From: Blastocystis sp. Blastoise | Taxonomy: Eukaryota; Protista; Bigyra: Opalinata | Assembly (NCBI GenBank): GCA_039096225.1 | Contig: JBBPEB010000004.1 | Span: 806,001 to 870,000 of the forward strand | DNA length: 64,000 bases | Direction of reading: 5' to 3' | Part shown: in pieces, positions 58,255 to 64,000 of the stretch | Layout of the letters: each line of letters begins with the position of its first letter | Position numbering within the stretch: position 1 is the first letter of the stretch | Made by a program: the position numbers and the translations under genes | Notes under the pieces: generated by a model | Seen by the model: the letters and a program-made list of their open reading frames with translations, nothing else | Databases searched by the model: none | Told to the model about the DNA's origin: nothing

Positions 58255-61200
58255 ATGGGGAACGTCTTAGATTGTGGTACATCAGTATGTATTCGTATAA
58301 ATATCATATTAGTTAATCGTTCTAAGCAACCTTCAACAGTTGAAGACATGCAGGATACTACGGTGACTGCGAATATTCCTGGAAAATTCATAATTCAACA
58401 AAGCATACCTTTCTGTGATTCTCTATTTTGGCAACTACAACGAATGTTTTATGAAGATAATAATGTGAAAGCATTTGCTACTTCAGAAGTTCCAAGTTTT
58501 GTAACAAGTAATGCCTTTGTAGCTAATGTATGTTTTGAATCATTTTTTAAACCATAATAAATCATATTTATGGTTAATCTTTTCATTTTTACAAACTATA
58601 TTTTCCATTTTTTTCTTAATAGGCTTATGCTGACTTAATATTGAAATATCTACTTGATTGGTATGAGAATCCTGAATGTAATAAGACTCAGCCTGTCTAT
58701 ATTCTCGAAGCAGGAGCTGGACATGGAAAATTAGGTTATTTGATATTAAAACGTTTGATGGAATTAAAAGAATTTTGGCCAACTCAAGTCAAACATCCTT
58801 TTATATATATATTATCTGATTTTACTCCAGCTACAGTAAAATGGTGGAATAATATTGGTTATTTTGATGAATATAAAAAAGAAGGAATCATTGATTTTGC
58901 TGTTTTCGATTGCGAAAATGATAATTCTGTATCTATATTATATTTCTTTTTGTTATATATATTTATTATATTTGTTTCAAAAGAATTCAATTAATGATTT
59001 ATAGTTTTTAATCTAATATATATATATATATAATGTATATATAATATAGATTCATTTAGAGTTAAGTGGTATAACTTATTCCCGTGGAGAAATTAAGAAT
59101 CCTTTATATATAATTGCAAATTATTTATTTGATAGTTTGAAGCAAGATGTATTCTTATTTGAGAATAATAATGTATATAGAGGAATGCTTACTTTATCAT
59201 CCAATCAAAATGAAACGATTCCAGTTAAATCTGATGTCATTCCTAGATTACAGTATATATATATATATTATTTATATACATTTAATATGTATTGCGAATT
59301 AAATATATAATATGTTTATTAATAATATATATATTATCTATAATATCAATCAAATATATATAATAAGAATTAAAATATACTATAATTCTATATATAAATT
59401 GAATTTTCCTTTTTATTATTTTATAGATATACATGGAGTTATCAACCTGTTCCTAATTCTGAATATATATATACAAATGAAGATTTGAACTCAATTATTC
59501 GTTATTATAAAAAGAATGTTAAAGTATATTAATCTATTTATATATAATATAATTGACTTTTTTATTTATATATTCTATTTTATGTATATTATATATGTAA
59601 TTAATTTCCATAATAAAATTTATATAGAGTGCTATTGTTCCGATTCCCACGGGAAGTGTCCTTTTCTTGAAGAATATGAGCGATATTACTGATAATAAAC
59701 TAATTATTCTTTGTGGAGATAGTGTATATATATGTATTGTTTAGTAATGTCGTAATTTGATCTCATTGTTTTATTAGTTATTATTTTTATTCTGTATATT
59801 CTGTTTATTATGTTTATAATAATAACAATAATATAATAATAATAATAATAATTATTATTATTATTGTTATATATAGGGAAATACGAGTATCTCAGAGTTT
59901 ACAAAGAAGGATATATATATATCTGTAAATGGCGCTTTTTCTCTCTCTGTTAATTTCCATGCAATTGATTTATGCATGAAGAATCGCGGGGGAGAAATAT
60001 TTACTTCTCCTTATATAGATGGATTTAGAGTATATTTATATATGTTTAAAGTTTATTATATATATATATATATACTTATCATAATGTTGATTTAACTTAT
60101 AATCTAAAATATTATTGTATGATTTGATATAAGTATATTCTTGTTTAGACTTGTATATATACATATGGTGTTAATTCTTCTTTATTAAAACGATTCAAAT
60201 GGTCTATTCAACGACATTTATCTACTTTCACTCCTGATGCTTTCTTCTCCTTACAAGTATATACATAGATTTATTTTATTTCTAATTCTATTTTGTATAT
60301 GTATATATTTATGATGAATTATATAGATATTTTCTTTAATAATTCATTATAGTTTCTTTAATTATAAATTATAGTTTTATTAATAATTAAATATTTTTTA
60401 AATAATAATTAAATGTTATATTAATAATTATAAATTATAGTTTTATTAATAATTATAAATTTTCAATAATAATAAAATATATTTTCAATAATAATAAAAT
60501 ATATATAGAAATCCATAAAAGATGAGAGTACTCCAAGTGGACGTACAATATTATCATTACTTCGTCTTTCTGGATATGAAGGAGATATATTTATTAAGTA
60601 TAAACAGGTATATAGATTAGATATATATAATATATACCTAGATTTAATAAATTATATATATATACTATTAATAATATTATTATATATAGATATTAATAGA
60701 CAAAGGTCTTATTGGTAGTGTGTGTAGTAATGAAGATTTATTAAGGGATATTCAAAAAGTATACATATATATATTAGTATTATTATAATATATATTTTTT
60801 TTGAATTATTATTGTATTTATTATAGAATTGTTATATATTTTTTTCAATTATTATTTTTTTTTTGAATTATTATAATTTTTTTTGAATTATTACTATATA
60901 TTTTATATAGATATTAGATAGTTATTATCCTTTACAAAAGACAAAGGATGTATGTTTTGAAGTTGGACGAATGTATATGGGACTTAAAGTATTTATAATA
61001 TAATATAATATATATATTTGATTATGGTATAATCCTATATAGGAATATGATAAAGCAATTCGTTCTTTTAAATTAAGTAATAAGTATTGTAATGAACATC
61101 ATATATCCTTTTATATATATATATTAAGTAATTATTTAAATAATTGTTTTTCTTAATAATCACGTGACATATCATAACATAGGCATGTGCTATGAACATT

Positions 61201-61467
61201 TACATCTATATTTAGATGCAAAAGATGCATTTGAAAAAGTATATTTATATATTGAATATTATTTATATTTATATATATATAAATAAAGTTATTTAACTAT
61301 AAATGATGTATATAGTCATTAGAATTAAAACCAACTTATCGTGAATCAAAAATCATGCTTGCAAAAGTATTCATTTACTCATTTATATCTTATTCATTAT
61401 TATCCCCATTCATTATCTCTAGTTAGCACCATTATTAGATCATGACAGTCTTGAACATAATAACTAA
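58255..61467 (+). CDS. SAM-dependent methyltransferase-like (MidA/NDUFAF7-related fold) + C-terminal TPR protein, ~14 exons, N-terminal MG acylation motif
   Basis: EVPSFVTSNAFVANAYA; VYILEAGAGHGKLGYLIL (motif I); YILSDF; IIANYLFDSLKQD; GAFSLSVNFHAI; TPR DVCFEVGRMYMGLKEYDKAIRSFKLS..HHVTYHNIGMCY..AKDAFEKSLELKPTY; TAA at 61465-67. Confidence 0.85.
61103..61163 (+). other. U12-type (minor spliceosome) AT-AC intron, 61 nt
   Basis: 5' ATATCCTTT, branch-like TTTTCTTAAT, 3' CAC; removal restores TPR reading EHH|VTYHNIGMCY. Confidence 0.88.
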
Positions 61468-64000
61468 AAATATTATTGAACAAAAAACAAAATGAATATT
61501 GTCAACCAATTATTCTTTTCTTTTTTTTTTTCGACACTCTTTATTTAATTTTCATAATCTATATCAATATCACTTTTTCTTTTTCTCTTTTTTCATCAGG
61601 TATTTATATAGTTCATATTTAAAACATCTTGTTGTTTGATTTATTGATTCTATTAGTTTATTATAATATTTTTTTTCTATTTGGCATTTTTCTTATGACT
61701 CCTAAAATAATATAAATAAAAATCATGCTTCTTTTGATTTATTAAATAATACTGAAATAAATGAAACGAGTTTCGTTTTGTTTTCGAATAAAATTAATAA
61801 AAATGATCATTTATTGTTCCTCAAGAAAAATGGTATCCACTAATCAATTCTTATAATCATAGTCAAGCATATTAACATATAATTACTCAACTAATTTGAC
61901 AAACAACACGATATTCATCACTGAATTGATCACTTTTCTAGTTTCCTCTAATATATTCCTTAAAGAAGACATTAAAATGAACTTAATTAACGATTTAAAA
62001 GGTCTATTTGATAATGAATCAACACATCAACCATATCTTTATTTCCTTTCTTTAAAAGAATGACGCACTTGATCAGATTCTAAGTACGAATACAATTGGA
62101 TAAAATAAAAAGAAAATGTTTTTCATTGAATATTAAGAACCGTGGAGATTCTAGTTTTCGTTGAACTTTTTATTGATTAACCAGATATTTCGTAATTATC
62201 AAGCAATTGACGTGGAGATGTGTTTGTAAAGTGATCGAGACGATCTTTCAAATGTTTTTTAATTGTTTTCAAGTATTATTCATGAGTCACTATACATGTT
62301 GTCGACACAAGTATGAATCATCTCGATTTACCCACGATTTAGGGAAAGATTAATAACTGTCAAACGCGTATTGTTTTTTTCTCAAACGCGTATTTTCTCA
62401 AGATTATTTTCTAAAATAAAAGAATAACTGTGATATTTTTTTCTTAGCTATATAACTTTTTATGTCAAGCTTCAGTGCTATTACACACAACATATGATTA
62501 AATATTTCATTAGTGCCTTATGAAGAAGAAAAATAAGAGTCAAATTGTATTCATTTCAAGGGTGTACTCTGTCAAACTTTGTTAGGTCATTCTGATTTCG
62601 TAAATACACATAGAGAATGAGTTCTGACATAATCTTGTCGACAAATAAGTCTTTGAAACTGTCTTCTAGGTCGTGATACTGAACTTCATATTCTTTGTTT
62701 GTTTTAATTTATTATGATTTACTTTCTACAGAGTACTTTAAATATATTGTAATGACTTAAAAGCTAAATATATGAGATAAAATTTTGAATGGGTTGAAAT
62801 CCCTATTATAAATAATCAGATTCTTCTCAAATTGATTTCAACTATTGTACTATGATTAAATGATTGAACTAATTAATAAAATAAATAAAACAATAAATAT
62901 ATTTGTCATGTCATAATTCTCATTTTCAGGTTTCTGTCTTTTATTTCAGACAGTCATATTTTTATTTTTAGGTTGCATATGACGTGAATATTTTTCATAA
63001 TAATTTTTGTAGATTATAAAATATTTTATAATTATTAGAATTGTAAATGATTAACTTCCAATATCATCAAACTAAAAATAATTATATTTTCTTGAGTACC
63101 AAATACTTTTGACTACAACAATAAGCAAAAAACATAAAAATTAGTTCTTCATAGTTTATTAACACTAAACAGAAAATTTGATTTATTATGGATTTGCAAG
63201 CGTCTAGTTTCACCAAATTGATTTATTTATAATTTTAATTTATAGTTATAAGATATATGTTATGTGAACTTTAATATTATGTTAATAAATATCTTTTTAA
63301 TATTTTCCTTATGGAGAAAAATAATCATTTTCAATTGACGTTAAAGTGTTTTTCTAAAAAAGGGTTGTTACACTTAGTGATAGTTCTTGATAATTATTGA
63401 ATTAAAAACAAAAAAAATATATTCTTATATATTTAACACTCTCTTATATAAATATTCAAATGATATTTTAAAAAACAAATAATTCTTACTGGTATAAAGA
63501 AAGCTGCTAAAAGAAAGAAAAAGCCAAAAAAAAAATGATTTTTTTCTGTTATTAATTAATGTCAGGTTACCTATCTCTTCATGTAGATTGGGAACAGTTT
63601 ATATATATTAAATTAGTACAATGTTAAGTATCTCTATTTAGTAAAATATAGATTTATATATAAATATTTTAATATTTATTAACACAAAAGAAATTATATG
63701 TATATGGCTTTTTGAGTTTTTTACACTTTTTTCTTTTTTTCCCATATTGAAAAATAGAAATTCAAAAGTATGTGCAGTTTCAAACTGTTTATATGCTTGC
63801 TATTACATTATGATAGTGAAAATTCTAGAATCAATACATTATGATACAACACAATGAAATGCATTTTTTTCATACTTTTTGACAATAAAGTAATATAAAT
63901 TATAAATAAATTTCAGAATTTTAAATTATTTAAAAATGATAGATATTCGACTATAGTTGCAAAAAATATAATAAAGAGAAATAAACACATAAAGAAAACA

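Overview
Very AT-rich, intron-dense eukaryotic genomic DNA using the standard code. Gene content suggests an anaerobic gut stramenopile such as Blastocystis; this is inference, not proven. I hand-spliced 13 protein genes: a nucleotidyltransferase-ankyrin protein, two BTB-like/TLDc paralogues, a ~5,300-aa divergent midasin-like AAA+/VWA protein, a small CDV3-like protein, a GRAM-VASt lipid-transfer protein, a GT61 glycosyltransferase, a fructosamine kinase, a Myb-like protein, an Ig-like surface protein, a sestrin, a SAM-methyltransferase-TPR protein and a transposase. There is also one tRNA-Thr(AGT). Mobile DNA comprises an intact 2,044-bp pogo/Fot1-type DD35D transposon and an unrelated 671-bp MITE. 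The most notable signals are a perfect 5-unit heat-shock element inside the transposon upstream of its transposase, a U12-type AT-AC intron, the giant AAA+/VWA gene broken at an (AG)n microsatellite, and the uncharacterised NTase-ankyrin fusion. Most short ORFs in the supplied track are exon fragments or microsatellite artefacts. Exon boundaries were read by eye.
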